Origin: Macrostomum lignano
Lineage: Eukaryota
Length of the DNA: 64,000 bases
NCBI GenBank assembly: GCA_002269645.1
Contig: NIVC01002324.1
Coordinates: forward strand, 108,816-172,815
Direction: 5' to 3'
The notes under the pieces were generated by a model that saw only the letters and a program-made list of their open reading frames with translations, was not told where the DNA came from and made no database searches. This document shows positions 51,316 to 62,525 of this stretch, one piece after another (position 1 is the stretch's first letter; each line of letters starts with the position of its first letter). The position numbers were made by a program, and so were the translations under genes.

Positions 51316-54300
51316 ATGCTTTATCGCAAAGGACTTGTAATGCAGCTTCCGCTGCTCTTTTCTCTGTGTATGCACCAACCTGTGTCTAGGGCAATGGTAA
51401 GACACTAAAAACAATGATGCCATTTAATGATAATTATGTAATTATAGGTTAGTTCTTATATTAATGGTTGAATTTTTATTAAATTGCAGGCCTATCTAGT
51501 CTACATATCTAATGTTTTTAATGTTACAACAAGGCTAAATAACAAATATATGGCAAGTTGGCAATATATTACTTTACTGCATTAAATTATAGCCTAGTAT
51601 GCCTAGCTATAGGGCCTATTTACTTGAAACTATTTCCAAAGAATATGTGAAATCCAAAATTATATTAATTTTTATTTCATTGTTGTTTTAAATTTAACAG
51701 TTTTTTTAATTTTAGAATAATATCTATGACTATAGTCTATTTTTAATGCAATCAGGGGCAGAGGAGGCTAATATTTTAGGAGGGCACTGAGCACAGGGCA
51801 AGGGGGGCACAGGTACCTTTGTAACTGCTAATTAAAGCTTAAAATCAGAAAATGCATTAAAAATTACTGTATGGACTCATTTTCTAGGAGGGAGGGCACA
51901 TGCCCCTAGTGCCACAAGCTCCTGCTGCACATGAATCACGATGAATGCAATGCAATATTATAATTAGGCCTACAATGTTTAAGATATTTGCTTATTTTTG
52001 GCTAAAGTATTTCATTTTTATTATTTTCTATAATTTTAAATTATTTTTTTGCATTTTATCATTTAAAAAGGTGATTTCATAATGTAGTAACTTAGGATAG
52101 TTAATCAGTGGCAAATCTAAGATTTTTAATATAATGGAAGAAGCAGATTGACCCAACTTTTTGGGCTTACAATCCTATCCTCTTTTATGCAAGTTTAGCC
52201 ATGGCAAATGAAGGGTTGCCCCTCTCCCTTAGGCGGAGACCTAAAAAATCAAAGGGGGGACCAAGTGATTTTTTTCCAAAAACAGAGCCACCCCTCCACC
52301 CTCCTCCTGGGACTTTACCCTCCAGAATCTGCTGAATGCTGAATCAGGTCTATTTTTAGAACAACTGTTCAATAGGCCTAGGCCAAAAGACAAAGGCTAG
52401 GTGGGAGAGGCCAGAGACAGGTTAGCTTTTTTCAAGGTTTATTTTCTTGTATATATAGCAATTTTACTAAAAATGGCAGACAGACTCAAACAAATGTAGG
52501 CAAGAAATATATATGTTGCGTGCATAATAAGATGAAGCAATGTAAAGGAATATATGATTTGTACAATTTATTTAATGAGTAATGCAGCTATACTATGTCT
52601 AAGGCAAGCATGATAAGGCAGTAATGAATGATACTAAATAACTATTGCTAAACAACCACCACTACATCAATCTAAAAAAGTTTTATAAAGAGTTTTTATT
52701 ACTTATATTTAATATTATATGATATGTGATTTTAGTCTATACCATATATTAAATTGATATTTACAGTAGTTTTTGATTCTTTGTTAATTTATTTAAGGCT
52801 TATTGATATAAAAAATTAAATGAAAAGTTTTTATTTAGCTTGTTTTGTCATTCTAACTAATATATCTTGTTTTTATATCATACATGTGCAACCTTTGGAA
52901 TCACCTGGCCATTTCTATTGGCAACACACATATGCAAGTCGCTATTGGCTGAGAGCCGTCACGTGACTACTATTCCATCCAATAGCGACTTACATGTGTG
53001 TGTCTGTTGCCAATAGAAACAGCCGGGTGAATCCCTAGGTTGCACCCAAGCATGTTTTATACTCTGTCTTTATAGGTTAAGTCTAATTTATTTTATGTTG
53101 TTCTATGTTTTTTTAGATAAATCAAGCTATGAAAAACTGATATTAAAAATGAATAATTTCATAACTGCTTTCAGGCCTCATCTGCTTCAGGAACAGTGTA
53201 TGACTTCTCTGCCAAAACCATTGATGGAGACATGGTTTCACTAAGCAAGTACAAGTGAGTGAATATTTTTGCTATCTATTCCTTTTTGTTTCGATAAATA
53301 ACCTAAGAATATTTTGCATACTACTGTTGGGAATTTCTAAGTAGTGTTTTGCAATGATGACTCAATGTAGTAAGCGTGGATAGCAATGGGCCATGCGAGC
53401 AAATAAAACGCACTCTTCTACATCCCTGGATACAGGAGTAAGCTGAATATTATGTTTATTCAAGGCCTGCGTTGACTGATTAATTGAGTAGCAATTGCAT
53501 TGTCCCATGCCTTTGTATTCATAACTGCAGTGTGATTGCTCTACCTATCAGTTTTGCCTTCGATTCCTCGTTACCATGGTATCACTCGCAAATCAAGTAG
53601 ATTGCATTAGAACTGTGTGCTGACTATTAGCGGGTTCTGCTATAGATTATATCTGTACATCTATAGTGGCTGGAGAATTTGCCTTTGACAGATGAATGCA
53701 CCGTTTTTATTGTTGTGCGTAGAGAGATGAGAGACAGGGATGCTAGAGGAGATGGGAGATAAAGATGCTAGGGGAGATTAGAGACAGAGATGCTAGGGGA
53801 GACAGAGATGCTAGGGGAGACTGAGATGCTAGGAGAGACAGATGCTAGGATAGACAGAGATGCTAAGGGAGATGGGAGACAGAAATGCTAAGGGAGATGG
53901 GAGACAGAGATGCTAAAAGAGACAGAGATGCTAGGAGAGACAGAGATGCTAGAAGAGACAGAGATTCTAGGGGAGACAGAGATGCTAAGGGAGATGGGAG
54001 ACAGAGATGCTAAGGGAGATGGGAGACAGAGATGCTAGGGGAGACTGAGATACTAGGGAAGACAGAGATGCTAGCGTGACAGAGATGCTAGGAGAGACAG
54101 AGATGCTAGGAGAGACAGAGATGCTAAAGAAGATGGGAGATAGAGATGCTAGAAGAGACAGAGATGCTAGGGGAGACAGAGATGCTAGGAGAGATAGAGA
54201 TGCTAGGGGAGACAGAGATGCTAGGAGAGACAGAGATGCTAGGGGAGACTGAGATGCTAGGAGAGACAGAGATGCTAGGGGAGACTGAGATGCTAGGGGA

Positions 54301-57020
54301 GACAGAGATGCTAGAAGAGACAGAGATGCTAGGAGAGACAGAGATGCTAGGGGAGACCGAGATGCTAGGAGAGACAGAGATGCTAGGAGAGACAGAGATG
54401 CTAGGGGAGACAGAGATGCTAGGAGAGACAGAGATGCTAGGGGAGACAGAGATGCTAGGAGAGACAGAGATGCTAGGAGAGACAGAGATGCTAGGGGAGA
54501 CAGAGATGCTAGGAGAGACAGAGATGCTAGGAGAGACAGAGATGCTAGGGGAGACAGAGATGCTAGGAGAGATAGAGATGCTAGGAGAGACAGAGATGCT
54601 AGGGGAGACAGAGATGCTAGGAGAGACAGAGATGCTAGGGGAGACAGAGATGCTAGGAGAGACAGAGATGCTAGGAGAGACAGAGATGCTAGGGGAGACA
54701 GAGATGCTAGGGGAGACAGAGATGCTAGGAGAGACAGAGATGCTAGGAGAGACAGAGATGCTAGGGGAGACAGAGATGCTAGGAGAGATAGAGATGCTAG
54801 GGGAGACAGAGATGCTAGGGGAGACAGAGATGCTAGGAGAGACAGAGATGCTAGGAGAGACAGAGATGCTAGGGGAGACAGAGATGCTAGAAGAGACAGA
54901 GATGCTAGGGGAGACTGAGATGCTAAGGGAGACAGAGATGCTAGGGGAGACTGAGATGCTAAGGGAGACAGAGACCCGCGATGACAATGTGCTGGGCAAG
55001 CCTCCCAATGCCCCTCCCCACCCAACCCCACCGCAAATCCCGCTCGCAGAGGTCGCGTCCTTGTCGTGACCAACGTGGCGTGCCTCTGAGGTGCCACGGA
55101 GAGCAACTACGCCCAGCTGGTCGACCTGCACACTCGACTAGCGGGCCGGGGTCTCTCCATCGCCGCGTTCCCCTGCAACCAGTTTGGCAGTCAGGAGCCG
55201 TGGCCCGAGGCTCAGATCAAAGAGTTCGTTGTTAGCCGTTTCGGCGTTAAATTCGACCTGTATGCCAAAGTTGACGTCAATGGCGAGGGGACACATCCGT
55301 TGTTCTCGTTTTTGAAAGCTCAGCTGCCCGGCACGCTCATGGATTTCATCAAGTGGAATTTCACCAAGTTTCTGATTGACAGGCGAGGCGTGCCAGTGAA
55401 ACGATACGGGCCCAATGTGGCGCCCAAGGTGAGCTGCTGGGATGTGGGACAATAGTGGGCTGGTGAACTCTCGAAGTATAAGTCACTCTAACGTTCTAAG
55501 GGCTCTATATCTTCTATATAATAAATTCTGTAAATCCCACTCTGTAAATTCCCATTCTGCAAGTCCCACTCTGCAAGTCCCACTCTACAAGTCCCACTCT
55601 ACAAGTCCCACTCTACAAGTCCCACTGAAATTCCCACTCTGCAAGTCCCACTCTACAAGTCCCACTCTGCAAGTCCCACTCTGCAAGTCCCACTCTACAA
55701 GTCCCACTCTGCAAGTCCCACTCTGCAAGTCCCACTCTACAAGTCCCACTCTGAAAGTCCCACTCTGCAAGTCCCACTCTGAAAGTCCCACTCTGCAAGT
55801 CCCACTCTGCAAGTCCCATCCTGCAAGTCCCACTCTACAAGTCCCACTCTGAAAGTCCCACTCTGCAAGTCCCACTCTGAAAGTCCCACTCTGCAAGTCC
55901 CACTCTGCAAGTCCCATCCTGCAAGTCCCACTCTACAAGTCCCACTCTGAAAGTCCCACTCTGCAAGTCCCACTCTGCAAGTCCCACTCTACAAGTCCCG
56001 CTCTTATAGTCCCAATCTCTAGGCCCTCTCCTTTTTTATTCCCTCTCTGAGCCTGCAGTTTTTACTTCAGTACTAATCCTCAAATTTATCAGATTCCCAG
56101 CAACAACAAAGCAGTGACTCCTCACTCTGTATTATTGTAACTATAGTAACAATCTGATCCCTAAATACTGAATAGAGGTGGCAAATTTTGTAGACATAAA
56201 CCTTTACCTAACTAATTATCAATTTGTGTCAACACTCAATCCGTGCAAACAGCTCTTCGGGTTGGCATAGTAACGCTAATTGACTGCAGGGAGTCGTGGC
56301 TAATTAATTTAATTACACAAATGCAGTAGCTGCACTATTGAATCATAGAGTCAACCCTAAAGACACTGTGTGTACACTGTGTGACAATGGATAAATAATC
56401 AGCGGTCCCAAGTGCGTGACAACGATTTGTCTATGGCTCGCGCCTTCCTACATTGTTTTTCTGTTTGACGATCCTACAGACAGTGCATTGTTTGTAGTAA
56501 TGGGTTGTTCTGCATTACTCGTAAAAATGTGAATAATGATCGTCAAATTGTTAAACAATGAGAATTTAAATTCAATTCAATTTAAATTCAAATTCAATTT
56601 AAATTCAATGCCGCTGTACATCCTGTGTGAGTGCTTGCCGGCGTACTTATGCGTGTTGTGTGCTGAGGGTCAGCAAAACTGGACATCTCGCCTTTAACCT
56701 GCATGTATAATGGGACAGAGAAGTTCTATAAATAGATTTATAAGCTTTATAGAAGTATTCGATTATAAATGGGGTTTTCGATGTTGCAGTGTTGGTCATA
56801 GACAACACAATTACTATCAAGCCAGTGGATATTTTGTTGTTTCCCTAGCTTGTATCTGGACTGGAGACTAGCTAGAGAAGTCCGTGCCTTAAGACTTTTA
56901 AAATTTTTCATTTTGTCCCGACGTGTCACACAATCACATCTTGTTTTAAACGTTTCATTCACTATTTTGCAGGACATGGAGGCGGACATCCTTGAGCTAC
57001 TCAACAAGGACGAATTGTAG
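51316..57020 (+). CDS. GPX4: Selenocysteine phospholipid-hydroperoxide glutathione peroxidase (GPx4-like), ~195 aa, C-terminal KDEL
   Basis: Inferred exons 51316-51396, 53175-53254, 55050-55428 and 56973-57020. Active site TNVACL-U(TGA 55087-55089)-GAT; FPCNQFGSQEP; IKWNFTKFLID; ends ...ELLNKDEL*. SECIS downstream. Missed by the ORF track because of the UGA. Exon 1 is less certain than exons 2-4. Confidence 0.92.
52886..53045. repeat. 160-bp imperfect palindrome (MITE-like) in GPx intron 1
   Basis: Arms GTGCAACCT...AAGTCGCTATTGG and their inverted copy, roughly 80% matched by eye; central TCACGTGA. Confidence 0.8.
53725..54975. repeat. 18-bp minisatellite (GAGATGCTAGGGGAGACA) in GPx intron 2
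   Basis: Direct reading; open in several frames only because the unit is a multiple of 3. Confidence 0.95.
55530..56005. repeat. 14-bp minisatellite (CCACTCTGCAAGTC) in GPx intron 3
   Basis: Direct reading. Confidence 0.93.
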
Positions 57021-57112
57021 AAGTTGATGTTGAGAGTAATTTTACTGATACAATTTAATTATTACTCGTTATAAATCAAATTACTTGGCTTGACCTCAGA
57101 CTCTCAAAACTC

Positions 57113-57192
57113 TTATTAAGAGCACTCGATGAAGCGCGATCTTGAAAAAATCGATTGCTAAAATTGATTGGAGATCGATTGCTGATTGATAA
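57113..57192 (+). promoter_or_regulatory. Type-2 SECIS element in the GPx 3' UTR
   Basis: Core A-TGAA (57129-57133) / TGAT (57183-57186). Helix II GCG-CGATCTT pairs with GAGATCG-AT-TGC. Unpaired AAAAAA (57145-57150). Apical mini-helix TCGAT/ATTGA. Helix I TTATTA/TGATAA. Confidence 0.88.
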
Positions 57193-57529
57193 ATTAGCCC
57201 AGACTTAGATGTTGAACTAAGTATTATTCCAGTGTGCAACTGCATCTTTGTTTGGGCTAGCCTTGATAAGAGATTGAAGTCTGTGGCCGGTTTGCAAATA
57301 TTTCTCATCTTTTAACAATAGCTCAAAAGAAACAAAATTAAACTGTTTTTACATTCGAATTAAAAAAAATTTAGTTCTCCTTCATGTCTTCCCGACGATA
57401 TGCTTGATTAAGATTTTGATTTGAACACTGGCTTTACTGTTAGTTCTTTAGTTTTGGAACTCGTCCTAAATGATTGGCCAGAGGAATCATATCAACGAAG
57501 AAAAGTATTGAAGAAAGTTAATTGGTCGG

Positions 57530-58290
57530 GGAGGGGCACGGGTTTTAGGTGGTGGGGTAGGAATGAGTGTGGAGTTGAAGAGGGATGGGAGTTGGGGAGG
57601 GACTGGGGTTGAGGCGGCGGTCAGTGGGGGGTTAGGAATGAGTGCGGAGTTGAAGAGGGACGAAGGGTGGGGGGAATGAGGGTTAAAGCGGCGGTCAATG
57701 GGGGGGGGGTAGGAATGAGTGCGGAGTTGAAGAGGGACGAAGGGTGGGGGGAATGAGGGTTGAAGCGGCGGTCAATGGGGGGTAGGAATGAGTGCGGAGT
57801 TGAAGAGGGACGAAGGGTGGGGGGAATGGGGGTTGAAGCGGCGGTCAATGGGGGGTAGGAATGAGTGCGGAGTTGAAGAGGGACGAAGGGTGGGGGGAAT
57901 GAGGGTTGAAGCGGCGGTCAATGGGGGGGTAGGAATGAGTGCGGAGTTGAAGAGGGACGAAGGGTGGGGGAATGAGGGTTGAAGCGGCGGTCAAATGGGG
58001 GTAGGATTGAGTGCGGAGTTGAAGAGGGACGAAGGGTGGGGGGGATGGGGGTTGAAGCGGCGGTCATTGGGGGTAGGAATGAGTGCGGTGTTGAAGAGGG
58101 ATAAGGAATAGGAAGGGACTGTGGGTTGAAGCGGCCGTCAGTGGGGGGTAGGATTAAGTGCGGAGTTGAAGAGGGACGAGGGGTGGGGGGAATGGGGGTT
58201 GAAGCGGCGGTCAATGGGGGGGGTAGGAATGAGATGAGTGCGGAATTGAAGAGGGACGAGGGTGGGGAGGGACGGGTTGAGGCGGTTGCC
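57530..58290. repeat. ~73-bp G-rich minisatellite downstream of GPx
   Basis: About 10 units, each with several GGG+ runs. Confidence 0.9.
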
Positions 58291-58974
58291 AGTTTCTTTA
58301 AAGGTTTGCTACATTTAATTTTTGTGTTATATATTAAGTAAAGTGCGAACTTGAAACGGCAGGGATAAGGAAATGATTGGACATTGGAATACGGATTTTT
58401 CAGCGGCTAATGTCCAAAACAGTACAACTGCTTTGTTCTCTATAGCTAATTGGAAATTGATTAAGACCAATTAACGTACCAATCGATCCACTTTAGTATC
58501 ATGAAGTCACCAAAGTCACTTACGCTGCATGGTTAATCAATTAGAGCGTTTGACAATTGTGTCTCAATAAACTTTCCATGGTGCTTTGTGCCAGTAATTT
58601 TGCTGCCAATTATTGAATTGAATTCCCTGGAAGCTTAGCATTTAGTGCGGCGGGGAAATTAATGAATTTGTTGGGCCTGGTGCGGGAAGTAGCAATGGCT
58701 TTTGGAATTTAGCAGACTGGTCTATCTGAGGTCTATTGTTTCAGGCGGACGGACTGCGAGTATGTCAGGTTATAACCGGGCTGTCTCTACCTGTGTGCTC
58801 ACCTGTGCGCTCTCCTGAGTGCTCAGAATATACGATAACCTTATTTGGGATTTGTTGGGAATGGGCTTGTCTGCGTGATCTCGTCTTCAGTTTAATTTGG
58901 GAAGAGGCTTATACCGGTGCTGCTTTGGCTTTTTTACGAGCCTCGGTAGGTATACATTGTCAGTTGTCTACGTG

Positions 58975-59105
58975 AGTCAGTTTGGAATTTGGATATTGAG
59001 TCAGTTTGGATATTGAGTCAGTTTGGATATTGAGTCAGTTATCATCTTCAGTCAATTATTATTTTGAGTCAGTAATCACCTTGAGTCAGTTATCATCTTG
59101 AGTAA
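58975..59105. repeat. Short ~18-bp degenerate array containing TGAGTCAG
   Basis: Direct reading. Confidence 0.7.
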
Positions 59106-59854
59106 ACTATTTTTTAATTCTGTTATGGTTTCTAGTAATACTTTTCATAAATCATTACTCAAATACGTGCACTAAATCAGTCAGTTAGTAAAATAGAAAA
59201 TTGTCACAGAAAGTGTTTATTTGATTTAAATTTAAACTATTAGTGTTTACAATACAGCGCCACAGTAACAGAATTAATTGAATAATTATGCTTCACTTTT
59301 AAAAGGTTGGACAATTGACGCAATGACTTCACCACAGACAAGACGCATTAGAGAGAGCAGAAGTGCGCAGAAATGCTTAATGACACAAAAGCAGTCATGA
59401 AAGTTAGGAAAGCAATGTAATCCACCCACTGTCAGAAAACTGTTGAGCTATTTTGTCAAACAGAAATTTCAATTTCACGCTGAAAGAAAAGAGTGAATTC
59501 GTGTTTTCACTTTGCAAAGAAACAAATTGCGCATAACAGCTTTAAGAAGTTGATTTATCGCATAATTTATGAGGTTTGCCGTGTAAGTTTGTGGCGCAGT
59601 CGAGCGCGACTTTGAGCAGTAATTTAAGGACAACTCACAGAAAGACTGCGATCGCGAAGAAGGACCCACACTTGCGTCATATGTCGACTATGGATATAAG
59701 CGCGAAATGTAATGTATAAGCGCAAATGTAGAATTGATGTGAGCAATGCGTTTATATATGGGTGCAGATTATTCACTGTGAAATGGTGACTTTTTATGTT
59801 GGCATCCCTATCAGTGATTCAGATGATGACTTCTCAGCCACTGCAGTGTAACGC

Positions 59855-60058
59855 TTCCACTTCGGACATTGGGTGCATAACTGGCTTCCCCATCGGTCAT
59901 TGGGTGCATAACCGGCTTCTACTTCGGTCATTGGGTGCATAACTGGCTTCCCCATCGGTCATTGCGGCATAACTGGCTTCCCCATCCGTCATTGGGGTGC
60001 ATAACTGGCTTCCCCATCCGTCATTGGGGTGCATAACTGGATTCCCCATCGGTCATTG
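59855..60058. repeat. 31-bp minisatellite
   Basis: TTGGGTGCATAACTGGCTTCCCCATCGGTCA, about 6 copies. Confidence 0.88.
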
Positions 60059-60062
60059 ATGC

Positions 60063-60126
60063 CATAGATCTTATATACAGTACACTATATACTACTGTAT
60101 ACATGTATACTGTATAAAGATCTATG
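60063..60126. mobile_element. 64-bp palindromic micro-MITE with CATAGAT termini
   Basis: CATAGATCTTATATACAG...CTGTATAAAGATCTATG. Flanks ATTGATGC / ATTAAGGC match at 6 of 8 positions, possibly a decayed TSD. Confidence 0.55.
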
Positions 60127-60179
60127 ATTAAGGCAAACATGTTAATACCATCGCAGCCTGTTCTTTTCATTCGGCTAGC

Positions 60180-60914
60180 TCACTGGTGGCATGTCATCTC
60201 TGCTCCGCCAGTGTCTGGCAGTCGGGCGACTTGATGCAGTCCGGCCTGACGAGGCTTGTTGGGGTCTACCGAGGCTGCCGAATCTTCAACAATATCGGCC
60301 GCTGCTGCAATGCTAGCAACTGAATTGCCTGACGCTGTTGTTTGTTGTTGTTGCTCCTGCTGCCCAGCTCCAGCCGTCTGCGGCCTGTTCCTTCTCCCAC
60401 TGAACAATCTGTTGAACAATGACGTCACCGAGCCCACAACTCCAGTCGGGTGCTCCTCGTAGGGCGGAGGCGGACCAGCGCCCTGTGGCGATTCCGGCGG
60501 CAGGGTGTAGTCCTCGCAGTTGTACGCCGGCGGCTCGGGCGGGAACATCAAAGACATCGGGTAGCTGCCGTGTTGCTGCTGCTGCTCCTGCTGCTGCTGA
60601 ACCGTGAATATCGCCCGCTCGTGAGCGCCCAGCTGGGCCTGCACCCTGAGCATCCGTTTCGCATTGGCGTGCCGGACGCATAGGAAAATGATGACGCCAA
60701 GGAGAGCGGTGACAATGAGCAGGCTGCTCATCACTGCCGCTGCGATGTAGGCCGGATTGCAGCCGAAATCGTTCGGGTTGGCATAGCAGTAGTAGCTGCG
60801 GCTCACGTCGGGGTCTCTGTCCGAGTCTTTGTCTCTGTCGCCCGGACTTCTGACGAATCGACGTTGAAGCGACGCTGAAGTCCACACCTCGCCGTCGTCC
60901 ATGAGCAGTCTCAT
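60180..60914 (-). CDS. Single-pass membrane protein with cytoplasmic PPxY motifs (244 aa), family not recognised
   Basis: Hydrophobic helix YIAAAVMSSLLIVTALLGVIIFLC followed by basic residues; PPAY and PPPY motifs; Gln runs. Acceptor CCTGCAG| 15 nt before the ATG; candidate upstream donor at ~61197. Confidence 0.75.
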   Translation of the reverse strand: MRLLMDDGEVWTSASLQRRFVRSPGDRDKDSDRDPDVSRSYYCYANPNDFGCNPAYIAAAVMSSLLIVTALLGVIIFLCVRHANAKRMLRVQAQLGAHERAIFTVQQQQEQQQQHGSYPMSLMFPPEPPAYNCEDYTLPPESPQGAGPPPPYEEHPTGVVGSVTSLFNRLFSGRRNRPQTAGAGQQEQQQQTTASGNSVASIAAAADIVEDSAASVDPNKPRQAGLHQVARLPDTGGAEMTCHQ

Positions 60915-62418
60915 GCCGGTAGCTATGCGCTGCAGGATTGTTAGTTTTCTTTGAGACCGTTATGCTTATAGCTGTGTTTCTATTCTTTCATGCTGCAGAG
61001 CTTTTTAGCTGGATTGGCTTCGCAATGCCTGTCTAAGTATATAGGTATGGCACTCCCGGAAGCCAGGCCAATAGGAAGATTACTCGCGGGAATAAACAGC
61101 TGTCTGACTGACTGACTTGACTATTCTATACTAAATGAATGAAGGTAGAAAGAGACAGGGGAGCAAGGGAACTATGGGATAGACAGCCGGCCTACCTATG
61201 GGTTTTGGTGGGGCAGCTACAACTAGAGCTTTAGTTGACAGAATGGAAGGCAGGGGGGGGGGGGTTTCGCGTGTATGCATTGGCCGTATACTGCTGTGTA
61301 GGCATCAAGTCCAGTACTGGAGAGGGTGGGCGATTGGAGCTCTCGCTGCAAGGTTGCATACACCTGAGACCTCACATTGAGTGAGTGAGTGAGTGAGATG
61401 GCCGCGCGCGGTCTCTGTGACAACGGAGCGACACTGTAAACAACAGGGAGCAGGGAGAATGCGTGCAGGGAAGAGAGCGCGCAGGACTGAGCCTGGTTGT
61501 ACAGGCAAGTACAATCAAGGCACAGGTGCGAGAGCGATCTCTTCCACTCCGTATTTCAACTCTCGTTTTTAAATAAAAAGGTCGATAGTTTGCTTCGGGT
61601 GAATACTGGTTGGTGTACAGAGAGACTCGATTTGAGACAGCCACCATTGGCTGTTAGGCAAACAGATGGGGCTCAAGGTGACGCTGAGGTAGTTAAACTG
61701 AGTCCAACTGCATGGACTCTGTAGTCCATGTTTAGCGTTCAAGCCGGAGTCTAACGTCTTTATTACACCTTCAACATATGACGCATGAGTAGTGTTGTTC
61801 TGTGACACTATGCAACCCTGTTAAATGAGGAGTTATATCCTTCCTAATTCATTTAAAAAATAATTTAAGCTCTGCCATCTATCTCGTTATAAGCTTCGTT
61901 CAACTCTGCTTTGAGTAGACAGTCTATATATAACCGGGGCCTAAGTAAATGAGATGTTGTTCTGCAGCATACATGTAGTCTGCCCCAGCAGGTGACGATT
62001 GGTGGCTATAATTAGCCGCTTCACCTGTTGAAGTTCGTCTTCTTTTGTTTTACAAGTTTCCTTCCTTTCCAAGTGCTTTGATACTACATGTGTTATACGC
62101 TGTTTAACTGTATGAGTACGTACTAGCAACCAACTACAGTCTTTAAAGTTCACAGCACAACACGCTACTAAGAGTAAAAAGTTGAAAATGTTCTGAAGTT
62201 TTATGTTTTGTATGCTTGCTTCTTTAGTTTCCAGAATCCATGCATGATTTCCTATCGTTTCAAATCAAAATTGTACCATGACCTTTGTGCCCGCTGGGCA
62301 CTTATTCTTGCCTTTTAATGCCATAGACTACATTTAAGCCCGCTTGCAGAAGTCAAACTTACTTTAATGTACTATTAGTGCTAATGTGCCAATACGCGAA
62401 GCCCCCGTTCGCACCGAC

Positions 62419-62525
62419 TGGCTACTGAAGATCCCTTAGTTGTCTATGGTATAAAATAACTTTCCATGCAGCACTGCAGCTTAAAACGTTTTTACCATAG
62501 ACAACTAAGGGATCTTCAGTAGCCA
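62419..62525. repeat. Perfect 33-bp inverted repeat with a 41-nt spacer
   Basis: TGGCTACTGAAGATCCCTTAGTTGTCTATGGTA (62419-62451) and its reverse complement (62493-62525). Confidence 0.9.

Noticed and set aside
51753-52350. Two further hAT-type MITEs (CAGGGGC… at ~51753, CAGTGGC… at ~52106)
   Set aside because: TIRs are degenerate and no matching 8-bp TSDs were found; probably old relics, but boundaries cannot be supported.
55087-55089. Premature stop making GPx a pseudogene
   Set aside because: The TGA is at the catalytic Sec position, the frame is conserved on both sides, and a SECIS is present.
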